From Eledone cirrhosa (Eukaryota), in the NCBI GenBank assembly GCA_964016885.1, contig OZ024740.1:201376001-201440000 (forward strand): a stretch of 64,000 nucleotides of DNA. Direction: 5' to 3'. Shown in pieces: positions 1 to 13,895 of the stretch (the stretch's first letter is position 1; each line of letters opens with the position of its first letter). Both the position numbers and the translations under genes were made by a program. Under the pieces are notes generated by a model. The model was not told the DNA's origin and ran no database searches. It was given only the letters and a program-made list of their open reading frames with translations.

Positions 1-1147
1 GATAGAATGTTCTGCGGTATTCTTGCCAGCTCTCTACACTCTGAGGTCAAATTGCATCGACTTCAATTTTGCCTTTCACATTTTCGTGGTCAATAAATTA
101 AGCATCAGTACTGGGATTGATTCTTCCTCCCTTTTTTTGTGAAAGAAAGTGTCTGTATTAAGATAATACAAGCAGGGCTGGATTTAATGGGGAAGGGGCA
201 AATGGGGCAACTGCACCGGCCCCCTGCAGTGGAGGTCCCACCAGCGACGGCCGTAGCAATTTATTTGTGCCCTCAGCTAGGCTTTATAATTTTAGGATGG
301 TTAGAATTTTTTAATGCAATATCTATGTATAACTTTTCAATACCAATTACTTGCATCTCGCTAACTTCCATATGTAAAATTGGGCGGGGGGGGGGGGAGC
401 TCTGTGTATTCTAAATTGTTTCTGTCTAAGGGAGCTCCCCGAACCTGAAGTGCTTCCCCACACCCGGTCTAAATCCAACCTTGCATGCAAGGGATAGGCT
501 CCAGGTGTAAATTCCACAATAGTGCCCGACGACTCCATTAAATGTTAAGGGACTAGGATGGATGGAATGCATTTGGTAAATAAGAAATAGGTAACTTCAT
601 TGTACATGTCACTGGTCTCACTTGAATCAAAATGGCGTCCAAAATAATAATCAATCAAAACGGCATCCTATATTTAACGCAGATGATCGGAATTAGTATG
701 GAGAATTATGATAAAGGAGTAATGTTGAAATGAGAAATAGTGAAAACATATTTTATGTTCTAATATTAAATAATTTGTTTTGGTGTGGAACTTCGTTTCA
801 AGATGGCATAAAATAATGAAGAACTTAGAGAGACTGATGCCGGCTATAGGAATTTATTTATTGATGTGGCTCACTTATTAATATGCGAACTGCACGGTCA
901 TAGTTTAAAGGAAGAAACTTATACATTAGAGTTGGTCAGTAATTTAGATTTCGTGCAGTGATGGACTTTGTAAGCATTCACGCTTCGTTGCAATTCAATT
1001 AGTTTCATCCATTGGCAATACTGCGAAGAATTCTTAGAATTCATGATTAATGGAATTAAATTAATGATGTCTATATAAGTAATCAATTATGAATCTATAT
1101 ATGTTTAGGTCGACCCGAACTTGAGTGTGTGACTATAACTGTATGTA

Positions 1148-1220
<73 letters not shown>

Positions 1221-1242
1221 ATGTGTGTATGTGTGTGAATAA

Positions 1243-1302
<60 letters not shown>

Positions 1303-1444
1303 AAGGTGACACAATAGCAGAGCTGCTAGTACATCAGTTAGTATGTTTATGGTATTTATTCTTATTCTCTACAATCTGACTACAAACCCCACCGAAGTCA
1401 ACTTCGTTTCTAGATCGATAAATACCAGACCAGTACTGGGGTAG

Positions 1445-1534
<90 letters not shown>

Positions 1535-1762
1535 TCTCTCTCTTACTGTTTCTGTCTCACTGGAGGCAATTGGCTCTGTTCAGACATGGACTGGAGAGTG
1601 ATGGGCTCCCTGTGTCGGGATAGCCCCATTTCCCTTCTAAAACTCCATCAGGATTTCGGGGCCTATTATTAGATGTGCGCATGTGGTTATAAGTGTGTGT
1701 ATAACTGTGTGCATGAGTGTGTGTATGAGTGTGTGTGTGTGAGTGTGTTTTTGTGTGCGTGC

Positions 1763-1846
<84 letters not shown>

Positions 1847-1993
1847 ATGTGCACGTAATATGAAGTGTTTCGGATTACTGCACTGTGAGTTAAATTCGCA
1901 CTGAAGTCACTTTTGCCTTTCTTCTATCGAGATCGATAAACGAATCTACCAGTTGAAGGAGGTAAATTGGCAGAGTTGCTAGAGTATCTGACG

Positions 1994-2113
<120 letters not shown>

Positions 2114-2330
2114 TTTCAGTGTGATTCTCAGCGTGAAGATTAGCTATAAACAGTCGAATACTATATGTATAGTAAAAAGACGGGTTAAGATATAACAACA
2201 TTTTGAACGGAGAGCGAGATGGAAAGGAAGAAAGAGAGCATGGGATGAAAAATGAGAGCGGTATAATGTTTACACACATATATATAGTAAAAGAGTAAAG
2301 AATTACCTTAAACGATAATATCTTGTTAAG

Positions 2331-2429
<99 letters not shown>

Positions 2430-2577
2430 CACAGATACATGCGGACACATACATATACATGAATATATCCACACATATCCCTGAGTTAGTGGTACCAACC
2501 TCAACCGATGTTGCTCTATGAATAACTGGGACAAACGAATCCGAATGGATTAGACTGATTCAGTATCAGAGCTATAA

Positions 2578-2976
2578 AGTACATTATGAAGAGAGAAGAA
2601 ACATTAGATATAATTAGTAATAAGATATATCATACCTAAGCTGCTTCTATAGTCCCCGACTACGTAGTTTCGTGGCATATTATGCAAAAACACTACATCA
2701 TAGAGATATAGAGTTTTTGTGAGGCTCTACCGACTTATCAAGGAGATACCTCATTAAGGATTTCAAAACACGTCTGCAATGCGTGAGATAGAATCTCGAA
2801 AGGGCGGAGGGAGAGTCAATCACGTGATACAGCGGTCAAGAAACAGAGCTAAGCCCCTTATAACCCTGAAAAAAATACCACGGAGGTGGAGGGGGTATTC
2901 ATATCATACCTAGAAGCAGCTAGGTATGATATATCTTATTACTAATTATATCTAATGTTTCTTCTCTCTTCATAAT

Positions 2977-2981
<5 letters not shown>
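2578..2981. repeat. Fold-back island with about 72-bp inverted arms
   Basis: 2578-2649 inverted to 2910-2981; encloses HHR-like motif; right end abuts (TA)n. Confidence 0.85.
2653..2706 (-). ncRNA. Degenerate hammerhead ribozyme
   Basis: - strand TCTCT-ATGATGTA-GTG..CAC-GAAACTACGTAGTC-GGGGA; palindromic stem III, mutated core. Confidence 0.55.
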
Positions 2982-3046
<65 letters not shown>

Positions 3047-3303
3047 AGAGTATTGAAGTTTGCTTGAAGCATTGTGGAATAATAAATAAATATCTTTAAG
3101 TCGTTTGGAAGCCTCGACAATGCAAATGGGTAAATCTCTGGGTAACAAGATCCGGTGGTGGAGAGAGAGATGTAAGTGGGTGTACGTTGAGATGCGTGGT
3201 GTGTACAGATGTGTAAATGTGTAGAAGAAAGAAGGGAAGAGTATAAAGGATAAAATAAAAATAACAACACAAGAGAGAGTTACCTTGGGAGAGATTTAAT
3301 AGT

Positions 3304-3339
3304 CCCTATATATTTCGGATTCACATCCATCAACTGGGG
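3304..3339 (-). ncRNA. Degenerate minimal HHR in PLE1 inverted pLTR
   Basis: Mirror of 6796-6830. Confidence 0.55.
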
Positions 3340-3692
3340 TTTTTTTCCTAGGTAAAGGTTGTCTGTCGGACAGGTGCGAAACGCGTCCTCCGCTGTTTGT
3401 TGTTTTGAATATCTGAGGTATTCGGCAGAGCGCGCATGCGCGTGAAATGGGGTCGGTCGGGCAGAGGTCAGCGGCCGAATGAGGGAGTGGGTGGCGCTAG
3501 CTGTCAGTCCATTCTCTGCCTGTTTTTTAAATGTTACTGTGTGTGTGCGTGTGTTGTTGTCTCGCTTGAGTGTGTGTGTGTGTGCGTGTGTAGTTGCCTT
3601 GTTCCTCTGTATTGGCAGTGTAGTATGTTCGTATGGTGGAATGCTACTGTGTGTGTGTGCGTGTGTTGTGTGTTGCTACATCGTTTGTTAAC

Positions 3693-4151
3693 TTAAACCA
3701 GCCATCTCATTTCGCTTCTCTCTAATCGGTTGTTTATTTGCGGTTGCAGGCGTTTGATAAAAAGTGCTTCCTTGATACGTAACGTGCCGACGTTTCTTTC
3801 AGTCGCTAGAATTGTGACAATGGGCCTTCCGTCTTTGTTTCCGCATTTGTCTATGTGTTTCCGGAAAGACGAGGCCCTGGTTTTAGTGTGTTCCTTGATC
3901 CGGATGTGCAAAGGTCGGATTGTGCTACCTATGTAGTATTGGTTGCACCTGTAACATTCTATCTTATACACGACGTATGTGCGTAGGCAACAGTTCGCAT
4001 GGCGTATCGGGCAGTCTCTGAGGGAGCATGCGTCAGTAGATTTCCCGGGTTTCTTGGAGAGGCATCTTCGCAGGGAGGGGCCCGAGTGGGCCAGGTGGAT
4101 GTCGAGGCCCTCCCTCCGTATAGCCTTGCGGATAGCGTTGGTGGTATTCTC
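3693..4151 (-). CDS. PLE1 GIY-YIG endonuclease domain (intact only in the inverted arm)
   Basis: CSLRDCPI..CC linker, VVYKIECYRCNQYYIGSTIRPLHIRIKEH, LRIKEALFIKRLQPQINNR. Confidence 0.93.
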   Translation of the reverse strand, partial: ENTTNAIRKAIRREGLDIHLAHSGPSLRRCLSKKPGKSTDACSLRDCPIRHANCCLRTYVVYKIECYRCNQYYIGSTIRPLHIRIKEHTKTRASSFRKHIDKCGNKDGRPIVTILATERNVGTLRIKEALFIKRLQPQINNRLERSEMRWLV

Positions 4152-4153
4152 CT

Positions 4154-6470
4154 CAAACTTCAATACTCTCTTATCCTTACACCTGAGCCAGGAATTGTTT
4201 GCATCCGTAAGGGAACTGTTTAGACTGTCGGAGAAATGGGCCAACGCTGGCTGTCAAATTATTTTCCTGAAACGCTGCCTAAAAAACGATGTCATCCCCA
4301 ACACCATCAGGAACATCCGCTTACCAGTAAGCCTACGTACACCAGCTTTCCAAAACACCACTAACCGCATACATCACACGTGTATTAAACAGATCCTGAG
4401 ACATCTCAACCGCCAATTACACGTCCATAAGCGGACACTCTCAGAGCGGACACATCGACTGCCAATAGCACCCGGGGACTTGCTCCTGAAAATCACTAAA
4501 GCAATGGACCAGTGCTACCACTCCAGAGTCCAATACCAGAAAAAACGGCTCAAGCGAAAATATGAGTGGATCTCGTCGAAACGCCACAACAGGAACATCG
4601 ACACTAACGAACAGACGGACCAGAACCACGTGGGAAACAACAACTTAACAACCGCCACCGCCGCATCCACCATCACCGAGCCATACCTCAACGATGCGAC
4701 GCACCTGGTCACCGACCTACCCGGCACTCTCACGAGCGACGAGCTGAAACTCCTACACCTCGGACCCAAGTTCATCATCTCACAAGGTCTCGACGACAGA
4801 CTCAAACTCAACATCGAGGCCAACTTTTGTCGAGCCGCTTACCAACTTAAATGGGTGACCGCCATCAACAGCGCCACAGAAAATAACAGCGCCCACGCAA
4901 CCCACCCCAAGTTACCCACTTACCACCCCGACAACCCACTCCACCCCCCACCCACCAACCACGAACTCGACACTAAACTCATCAGGCTAAAACATCTCGG
5001 ATATACTTCACAAACACACACGCACAACACATAACCTCACCAAATCTCAACTCACCATTCTCTCCAACCTAAAATCGAAGAACCTCATCTATCTCCCCTC
5101 CGACAAGGGAAAAGAATTCTGCGTCATCAGCAGAGAGGCCTACAACACCCTGGCCCTCCAACACCTTGACGATGACAACCTCTACTCCAAGGTCACGGGA
5201 ATCACTCCCGCGCAGATAGAAGAGCACATCAACGCCGCCTGGACCAACATCTGCGACCGGCGGAAGCTCCCGAAGAAGCTGAGATACAACCTCCTCACGA
5301 GGAACAGCAGATTACCCGCCTTCTACCACCTCGTGAAAACACACAAACAGGGACCCGACCTGTAGATCAGGCCCATCGTATCGAGCGAGGAGGGACCACT
5401 CTACAAAATTTCATGGCTCCTAGCCAGAATACTCAAACCCATCTTAGACACCTTGCCGGGACACGTTAACAGCTCCGAGGAGGTGTTGAAGCGCCTGCAT
5501 CAAATGGATCCCGACACCAGAAGGAATAACAGATATGCCTTCAGCCTTGATGTAGTCGCTCTCTACACCTCGGTCCCGGCACTCCCGGCCGTCAATATAC
5601 TGATGGAACGCGTCCAATCCACCGACTTACACTGCTTCGGGCTCACCACCACTGACATCCACCAACTCCTATCCATCGTCGTCGACAACACCTACTTCAG
5701 ATTCCTTGACCAAACATACCAACAAACCTCGAGATTGCCTATGGGATCAAGCCTATCAGGTGTGCTAGCGATCTCTTACATGGACAACCTCGAACGCAAG
5801 ACACTCAACGCCTGCCACCCCAACGCCGTAGCCTTTTTCTTAAGGTACGTGGACGATATCCTCATCCTCACATCTTCCCAAGACACGGCGAACAGAATCT
5901 ATGAGACGTTCAACAACACGGACGAGAACATTGACTTCAGTGTTGAACACCCCAACGAAGACGGGTCACTTGCCCTCCTCGACTTCCGAATCAACATCAC
6001 GGAACAGGGAAGGATCCACTGCAACTTCTACCGAAAGGCAGCCTGCAGGGACCTGTTCGTTCACTACAAGTCCGCCCTCCCTAACAGTGCCAAAAGAGGA
6101 TACATCACGAACGAGATCGCGCGAATCAAAAACAGATGCAGCGATCCCGCGAGTGGTGTCACTCATACCAAGCGATTCCTCGAGGTGCTGGAGACGAACG
6201 GGTACCCTACCTCGATCACAGACAGAATAGGAGACACCAGACACAAGAGACAGAGAGGCACCCAAGGCAAGTGTTTCCTTAAAATTCCACATCTGGGCGA
6301 GAATACCACCAACGCTATCCGCAAGGCTATACGGAGGGAGGGCCTCGACATCCACCTGGCCCACTCGGGCCCCTCCCTGCGAAGATGCCTCTCCAAGAAA
6401 CCCGGGAAATCTACTGACGCATGCTCCCTCAGAGACTGCCCGATACGCCATGCGAACTGTTGCCTACGCA
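4154..6470 (+). pseudogene. PLE1 reverse transcriptase ORF (frameshift near 5000-5030, TAG at 5363-5365, EN deleted)
   Basis: Motifs FLKRCLKNDVIP, LGPKF, PSDKG, FYHLVKTHK, IRPIVS, SLDVVALYTSVP, LPMGSSLS, RYVDD, LLDF, FYRK, NGYP; ORFs 3979-5034 and 5453-6598 joined by a readable frame from about 5030. Confidence 0.93.
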
Positions 6471-6795
6471 CACACACACACACAGTAGCATTCCACCATA
6501 CGAACATACTACACTGCCAATACAGAGGAACAAGGCAACTACACACGCACACACACACTCAAGCGAGACAACAACACACGCACACACACACACAGTAACA
6601 TTTAAAAAACAGGCAGAGAATGGACTGACAGCTAACGCCACCCCACTCCCTCATTCGGCCACTGACCTCTGCCCGACCGACCCCATTTCACGCGCACGCG
6701 CGCTCTGCCGAATACCTCAGATATTCAAAACAACAAACAGCGGAGGACGCGTTTCGCACCTGTCCGACAGACAACCTTTACCCCGGAAAAAAAAA

Positions 6796-6830
6796 CCCAG
6801 TTGATGGATGTGAATCCGAAATATATAGGG
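6796..6830 (+). ncRNA. Degenerate minimal HHR in PLE1 pLTR
   Basis: CC-CAGTTGA-T-GGAT-GTGA-ATCC-GAAA-TATA-TA-GGG; core CAGTTGA instead of CTGANGA. Confidence 0.55.
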
Positions 6831-7041
6831 ACTATTAAATCTCTCCCAAGGTAACTCTCTCTTGTGTTGTTATTTTTATTTTATCCTTTATACTCTTCCC
6901 TTCTTTCTTCTACACATTTACACATCTTTACACACCACGCATCTCAACGTACACCCACTTACATCTCTCTCTCCACCACCGGATCTTGTTACCCGGAGAT
7001 TTACCCATTTGCATTGTCGAGGCTTCCAAACGACTTAAAGA

Positions 7042-7085
<44 letters not shown>

Positions 7086-7162
7086 TTATACCACTCTCAT
7101 TTCTCATCTCATGCCCTCTTTCTTCCTTTCCATCTCGCTCTCCGTTCAAAATGTTGTTATAT

Positions 7163-7267
7163 CTGATGAACTGACTGGTTATAACAAAGTATTGGTGATC
7201 GATTGACGCAAAAACAGACGGGTAGCGATCTCTAGACCTACCAGTTCAGAGAAACAATTGTCAGCAA
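7163..7267 (+). ncRNA. HHR with long stem II; 5' strand of stem I lost at a junction
   Basis: CTGATGA-A-CTGA-CTGGT...ACCAG-T-TCAG-A-GAAACAATTGTC; palindromic stem III ACAATTGT. Confidence 0.75.
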
Positions 7268-7446
7268 TGTGAATAAAGCACTTATTGTATAGCAAACCAT
7301 GTCACTCTTCTTTCTTGATTTATATATATATATATATATCCACCTAATTTTAACTCTTTGACATTAGAGATAGAACAGATACTCTATACTATTTCCTGTC
7401 AGCATGGCTTGGCAAGATATTTAGAACGCTGGGTTGAGATCTTTAT

Positions 7447-7485
7447 TTCCTTCTGAAGAAGAGATATTATCTCGAAAATTAAGGA
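7447..7485 (+). ncRNA. Minimal type I HHR
   Basis: TCCTT-CTGAAGA-A-GAGAT-ATT-ATCTC-GAAAATTA-AGGA. Confidence 0.75.
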
Positions 7486-10470
7486 CATTTAAATAAATCT
7501 AAGGTAAAAGACGAATTGTCAACAATATCTTTTGCAATTGCATTCTTTTTTCTATGTCCATACCTGCATTGTTTTGGCTTTATTATACATATTCAAACGT
7601 TTATACCTCATTACACAATGCTTCAAGTGAACTATAACCTCCTCCATATATATATATATATAAGAATTTCTATACACAAATATATTTATATCAGATTCGA
7701 AGCACTTGACAGATTTTCTGGAGTATAATATCAATGATATTAATAAATGGAAACTATATTTATGAAACCATATTTCAAGGGTACCAAAACTTTGCTTATA
7801 AATAGCTCGTTTAATGTTGAGCACTTTAAACTATAACAGATTGCAAGGAATTAATAATGGAATTTTTTAAGATGTACCCTTACCTAAAAATAAGGAATAC
7901 GTAAAACAACTTATAGAAAAATCCGATTCCTTCATAAGGAGACTTAGATGGCGCGCTTTACATTTTGATAAGAAATCGGAAAAGGAAATATATAAATCCA
8001 AGTATAATTTTGCTCTTATTTTCAAATCAAAGAAAAACCCACCTTCCAACAAACTACTAGCCGAATTTGAAAATGAAATAATCTCCATCATACAGAGCGT
8101 TATATTTAAAAGGAACCAATTTATTGGCCTGGAGTACCTCAAAGACCTCAAAAACAAAATAGACAATCTGAAAAAAACAAAGAAAATCCTTGTAAAATCG
8201 GACAAAACCAATAATGTATATGGTATTGAAAAAGATGCGTATAATAACCTAATACTGAAGGAACTTAGGAAAAACTATAAAAAAACATCAAATGAAGATA
8301 TTTCAAACCTAAATAACGAAGCCTCGGAAATTATTTATAAATTAGGCATTCAAAATAAGACAGAACCCTTTATACCTAGAAAACCGAGGGACCACAAAAG
8401 AAATTTTGAAGTTGATCTACCAGTCAGACTCATCGCACCATCTAAATCTGACCTAGGCATAATTAGCAAACATATACTAGATAGGATTATACCAGTGCTT
8501 AAGCAAAAATCACACCTATCGAACGGTACAAATGAAGTAATAGATTGGTTTGCAGACATTGAATTAAAACATAAGAAAAAATGTATTCAAATGGATATTT
8601 CAAATTACTACTCCTCTATTACCCCTAGATTACTTAATAAAGCATTTATTTACGCTTCTAAATATACAAACCTATCCAGTGAAGAAATGAATGGCATTCT
8701 AACCACACGTAAAACCCTAATAGAATTTAATAACCATCTCTGGACAAGGGCTGATAGACAAAACAATTTCGATATCACTATGGGATCATCTGAGTTAGCT
8801 CATGTAACAGACCTCGTTGGATTATTCATTATTAATGTACTACATAGGAAAATGTTAGAGATGACCGGAGGTTTATATCGCGACGATATGTTACTTTTAA
8901 TCGAAAACCATAGCAATAGCGAACTTAATAGGAAAAAGAAATCCATCATAGAGTTTTTCAACAACTACAACCTTAAATTAGAAATAGAGAATAATAATAA
9001 AATTGTTAACTTCTTAGACGTAACTTTAAACCTTAGCTCATTATCCTTTCCATAAAATTAAGGAAAACCTAAATTATATAAGCTTCAACTCTAACCATCC
9101 TAGAAATATAAAAAATACTATAGTCAATAGTGTCCAGCAACGAATCTCACGCATCTCAGCTAATAAAAATATTTTTGATAAGGCGGAATATTATAATGAA
9201 GCTTTACATAGAGCCGGATACTTGAATAAAATTAAATACTTAGATAACAATAACGTGCAAAATCATCCTAAAATTCACTATAATAATAAACAATTCAACT
9301 TAAATAGTAAATCAAACAAAAAAACTAGAACTAGAAATATTATTTGGTACTCTCCCCCATTCTCATTAGGGGTTAAAACACCTGTAGCAAAACTATTTTT
9401 CAAAGCACTGGATAAGTGTTTTCCCAAAGCCCACAGATACCATTCTATTTTTAACAGACACTATTAAACTATCCTACTCTACTACTATGAACATAGCGCA
9501 AAATATAAATAGAATTAATAATAGAAACTTAAATTTAAATCCAAACCAAACAAACCAAGATAACAATAATAATATTTCTAATAACAATATTCATACTAAT
9601 AATAATAGTACCGTTCCTAGTAACAATAACTCTCTAAAATGTAATTGTAGAATTGAATCAAACTGTCCTTTATAGAACAATTGCCTGGATAAAAACTTAA
9701 TATACAAATGCACAGTAAAAACTAGAGACAAAATATTTAACTATATAGGAGCCACTTCTACAAAATTCAAAGAACGCTGGTATAATCTCAGACATACATT
9801 TAATAGATCCGATAAAAAATCTTCCACATCACTTTCACATATAATTGGGTATTTAAAGGACAATAATATTGACTATTCAATCTCTTGAAATATGGCTCTT
9901 TCAAGAATTTGTAATTTGTGTATCTTGGAAATTTTTTATATACTTAACTGCCAAAGTTCTATAAATCTAAAAAATGAGATATTCAGTTCTATTCATACAT
10001 ATATCGACGTAGATAGTATCTAAATACATATATAATTGAAATTCTCATCCTTGAAAACATGTAATATAAAATACCTTATAATCTTACACTACATACATTC
10101 CGCATTTTCTAAGTAAATTCTAAATATACGACAAATCTAACGTTAATAGTTTAGCAACTAATATTGGAGTTATCTTTTCCTTTATAATGAAGCAAACATT
10201 GACATCCTTCGTAACAATAATATATATACTAAATTCTATGTAATTTCGTTAACTTAATAATTTTCTCTAAATATTTTCAATCTTTGATGAAACTATTTGA
10301 ATGTATAAAATGTTTTCCTCTATACTAAAATGTTGAACTACGTCTCTTTCATAACTATATATTTAAAATGTAAACTCAACATCCTTCGTAATATATATTG
10401 AAAATGTAAACAAATTAATATGTGCGTTATATATCTATTAAAAATAACAGATATATAATCATTAATAATA

Positions 10471-10648
10471 TGATTGGCAGTATCGGTGGAGGGTCGGACG
10501 CTATGCTTTCCAGCATAGTTACGTCCCTTTACGATCTGAGTTCAAATCCCGCCGAGGTTGACTTTGCCTTTCATCCTTACGGGGTCGATAAAATAAAGTA
10601 CCAGTAATGCACTGGGTAATGCTGGCTTTGTGCCTAAAATAGAAACAA
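10471..10648 (+). mobile_element. tRNA-derived SINE with Nin/Deu-like core (octopus-type)
   Basis: A-box TGGCAGTATCGG, B-box GAGTTCAAATCC, core GCCTTTCATCCTTACGGGGTCGATAAAATAAAGTACCAG; more than 15 copies in window. Confidence 0.85.
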
Positions 10649-11142
10649 TTAATAATATTTATATTTATATATTTATTTATCTATATAGATATTTATATAT
10701 TTATAACCTGTTGTAATATAATAAGATAAAGTGTACTTACAACCATAATTCTTCATATAATCTAATTATAATGATTATATATATAATATTATAACTCATG
10801 CTTTAGTTATATTTTAAATTTCTTGGTTGATATTCTAGCACTTCCACAAATTTTAATTTTTAACGTTTTAATTTGTAAATTCACGTTCACTCTAATATTA
10901 ATATAAGCTTCTCTTTCTTCTTCATATATCCTAATAATTATTTAAATCTACCTAGCGTCTAAAAATAACGATTATTTCACCCCTACGCTTAAAATTCATT
11001 TGAATATTCATCAAAATAATTTGAAATATTTGTTCTTTTTCCTTTCTTTTCTTTTTTCCTCTATCCTCTCACTATCCAAACGGAACCTGAGTTGTTGAGG
11101 TCTGATTCCTGTGTATGTCACTATTTATAAAACAAATTTTGT

Positions 11143-11198
11143 ATTTTATCTGATGAGAGCGTACCAAAGTTTTGGTACCTTTGAAATATATATAATAT
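11143..11198 (+). ncRNA. HHR in PLE2 pLTR
   Basis: CTGATGA-GAGC-GTACCAAA-G-TTTTGGTAC-CTTT-GAAATATATA. Confidence 0.75.
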
Positions 11199-11234
11199 CG
11201 TTTTATAAATATAGTTTCTATTTATTAATATCAT

Positions 11235-11297
<63 letters not shown>

Positions 11298-11302
11298 TAG
11301 TA

Positions 11303-11453
11303 ACACACTGGCGCCAGACAGTTGAGAGGGACCTGCGAGCGACAAACAGACAATGGCGGGACGCTGTGCAACTGGCTGCTGACCGAACGCGGTGGAACAC
11401 TATGATTGCCTCATGCGTCGCAAGACGCGGGAGCTTCTGAGTCTGAGTGAGTA
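11303..11453 (+). mobile_element. RTE LINE 3' end
   Basis: WRQTVERDL..W..AVQLAADRTRW then TGAGTCTGAGTGAG tail. Confidence 0.75.
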
Positions 11454-11534
11454 ACACAACAGTTAGTTCACCATACCGAGAACATTTGTTTCACCTTATG
11501 CAGATCTTCAGCTCGGATATGTATATATACCAGG

Positions 11535-11590
<56 letters not shown>

Positions 11591-11627
11591 GTATATATAT
11601 GTGTATATATATATGTATATATATATA

Positions 11628-11703
<76 letters not shown>

Positions 11704-11786
11704 TATATACATATATATATACATATATATACATATATATATATACATATATATGTGTGTGTGCGGGTGGGTGGGTGTGTGTGTGT

Positions 11787-12076
<290 letters not shown>

Positions 12077-12907
12077 GTAAAGTATCTTGAGAAGTACATT
12101 ATTGGACGCGAGATAAGATCCGGTCCATTGATTTGAAACGAAGAAAGTAGAACTGCCTCCAGAAATATCCACATTAATAATGAGATTACAGAAAATTAAG
12201 AGGGAGAAACTCAACTTTGAACGTCGCATCATATCCTTTTGACATCTTCTATTGTCTACTAATCAACAAGGTGTATACATGGATCAAGTAGGCATCGATG
12301 GATTAAGTGTGTATCCATTGATTACGTTTGCATCCATGGATCAACTATGTACTCATGGCTCAATTATTCATACATAGATAAAGTATATAAACATGAGGTC
12401 GATAGTAGTTGGTAATGAACAAGGATTTTTGGTAAATAATTGTTCTGTAATAATTTTTATTGATTAAAAATCGTTGGTTACGTATCGCTGTCCAATATCC
12501 GCGGCGCGCAGCCCCAACACCAACGCGTCCTTGGCCTAGAGCCTATCACCCTCCCTTTCCCCCTCCCATTCTTCTGTGACTCTGCAATATTATGTAGATT
12601 AACTTATTAATGGCTGAGTATACCACAGACATATTAACACAACGCAATTTTTAAGCCGATTTAGTGAACAGAGATAAGAGAGATGCGTCACTCAACGTCT
12701 TTTGCAAGACCGACATTATCTGTTGTAGCGTGAAATAAAAAAGAACATCATTTATAACATTTGCTGTTGATTAATAATTGTTGGATAAAAATTGCTGTTG
12801 GTTAACATTTGCTGTTTGTTAGTAATTGGTAATTAATAATTTTTGGTTAATAATTAGTTGATTTATAATTATTTTGTACTAATAATTGTTGGTAAATTGG
12901 TTAATAA

Positions 12908-13090
12908 CTGTTTCTACTTTTGACACAAGGCCAGCAATTACACCAGTGCATTACTGGTACTTTATTTTATCGACCCCGTAAGAATGAAAGACAAAGTTAA
13001 CCTCGGCGGGATTTGAACTTAGAACGTAAAGGGTCATAACTCTATGCTGCAAAGCATGGTGTCTGACGCTCTACCCTTACTGCCAATCCA
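12908..13090 (-). mobile_element. SINE, same family
   Basis: Reverse-complement match to 10471-10648. Confidence 0.85.
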
Positions 13091-13092
13091 AT

Positions 13093-13282
13093 TACCTTGT
13101 AGATCTCTAAGCTTTTGGTTATCCAAGAATGAGGAACCATGTCGAATGCCTTCTTGTAGTCTATCCATCCCATGGCAAGACCAGTATGCCACATCTTACA
13201 GTTCCTTATAACCAGCATGTCAATAAGTAACTGGTCTTTTGTACCACGGGACATCTTTCGTCATCCTTTCTATTCCAATGAC
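13093..13282 (-). mobile_element. R4/Dong-like LINE RT fragment
   Basis: GTKDQLLID...[15 protein letters not shown]. Confidence 0.8.
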
Positions 13283-13569
13283 TCTGTAAATTGGTTAATA
13301 ATAGCTGTTGATTAGTAATTGCTGGTTAAAAATTGGTGCTGGTTAATAATTTTTGTTGGCTAATAATTGTTAGTTAATAGTCCTTGTTGGTAAATAATTG
13401 TTGTTGGTTTCTAATTGTTGTTAGTTAGTAATTGTAAGTTTAAAATGGTGTTGGTTAATAATTGTTCGTTAATAACTGTTGTTGGTTAATAATTGATGTT
13501 GGTTACTTTTTTATTCTTTTATCTATTCTAACCATCTGGCTGAGGCCATGTTGGGGCACTGCCCTACTT

Positions 13570-13895
13570 GCTTCACTTTCTATATCCAGCCTGCGTTGGC
13601 TAGCCATTTATGTAGGAGCGAGTTCGTTGCAGCTGCCCTTAGGTTACTTTATATCATACTGTGAGTTCATCTGGAATCTTGGATAACAGAATGTCAAGTT
13701 GTTTCTTGAAAACATCCACGTCTACACCATGTAGATCTCTCAAGTTTTTTGAGAGATTATTAAAGTGCTGGGGGCCTTTGAAACCCAGGCTATTTCAATA
13801 TCTGCTCTTTACTCTGGATGTAAATGAAGGGACATTTGGCACTACACAGTGACGTCCTGTTGGAGAGTTGATTCAACTCTCAATGCCAAAGAGAA
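13570..13895 (-). mobile_element. CR1-like LINE C-terminal fragment
   Basis: NSLGFKGPQHFNNLSKNLRDLHGVDVDVFKKQLDILLSKIPDE. Confidence 0.7.

Larger units (their letters stand above)
3044..7050 (+). mobile_element. Penelope-like element PLE1 with inverted 5' copy of its 3' end (pLTR + EN), inserted in (TA)n
   Basis: 3044-4151 is the reverse complement of about 6299-7050 plus an extra 322 bp; body 4154-7050 encodes PLE N-terminus, DKG motif and RT; (TA)n on both sides. Confidence 0.95.
7725..11237 (+). mobile_element. Degenerate Penelope-like element PLE2 (RT + GIY-YIG remnants about 7857-9990, long 3' region, HHR-bearing pLTR, short inverted 5' copy)
   Basis: FIRRLRWRALHF, KSDKTNN, MDISNYYSSI, ITMGSS, LYRDD, NFLDVTL, WYSPPFS, CNCRIESNCPL, YIGATSTKFKERW with stops and frameshifts; 7725-7795 is an inverted copy of about 11165-11237. 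Confidence 0.88.

Noticed and set aside
3345-3392. Possible second HHR (GAAACGCGTC) antisense in the PLE1 pLTR
   Set aside because: No recognisable CUGANGA or stem I pairing
3979-4151. N-terminus of the 351-aa ORF
   Set aside because: Antisense read-through of the inverted EN arm; real PLE coding starts after the 4152 junction
5363-5365. Programmed readthrough or selenocysteine in PLE1
   Set aside because: Codon is TAG, not TGA, and the ORF has other lesions; a point mutation is the simplest explanation
10471-10560. tRNA gene
   Set aside because: A/B boxes belong to SINE heads; no full cloverleaf
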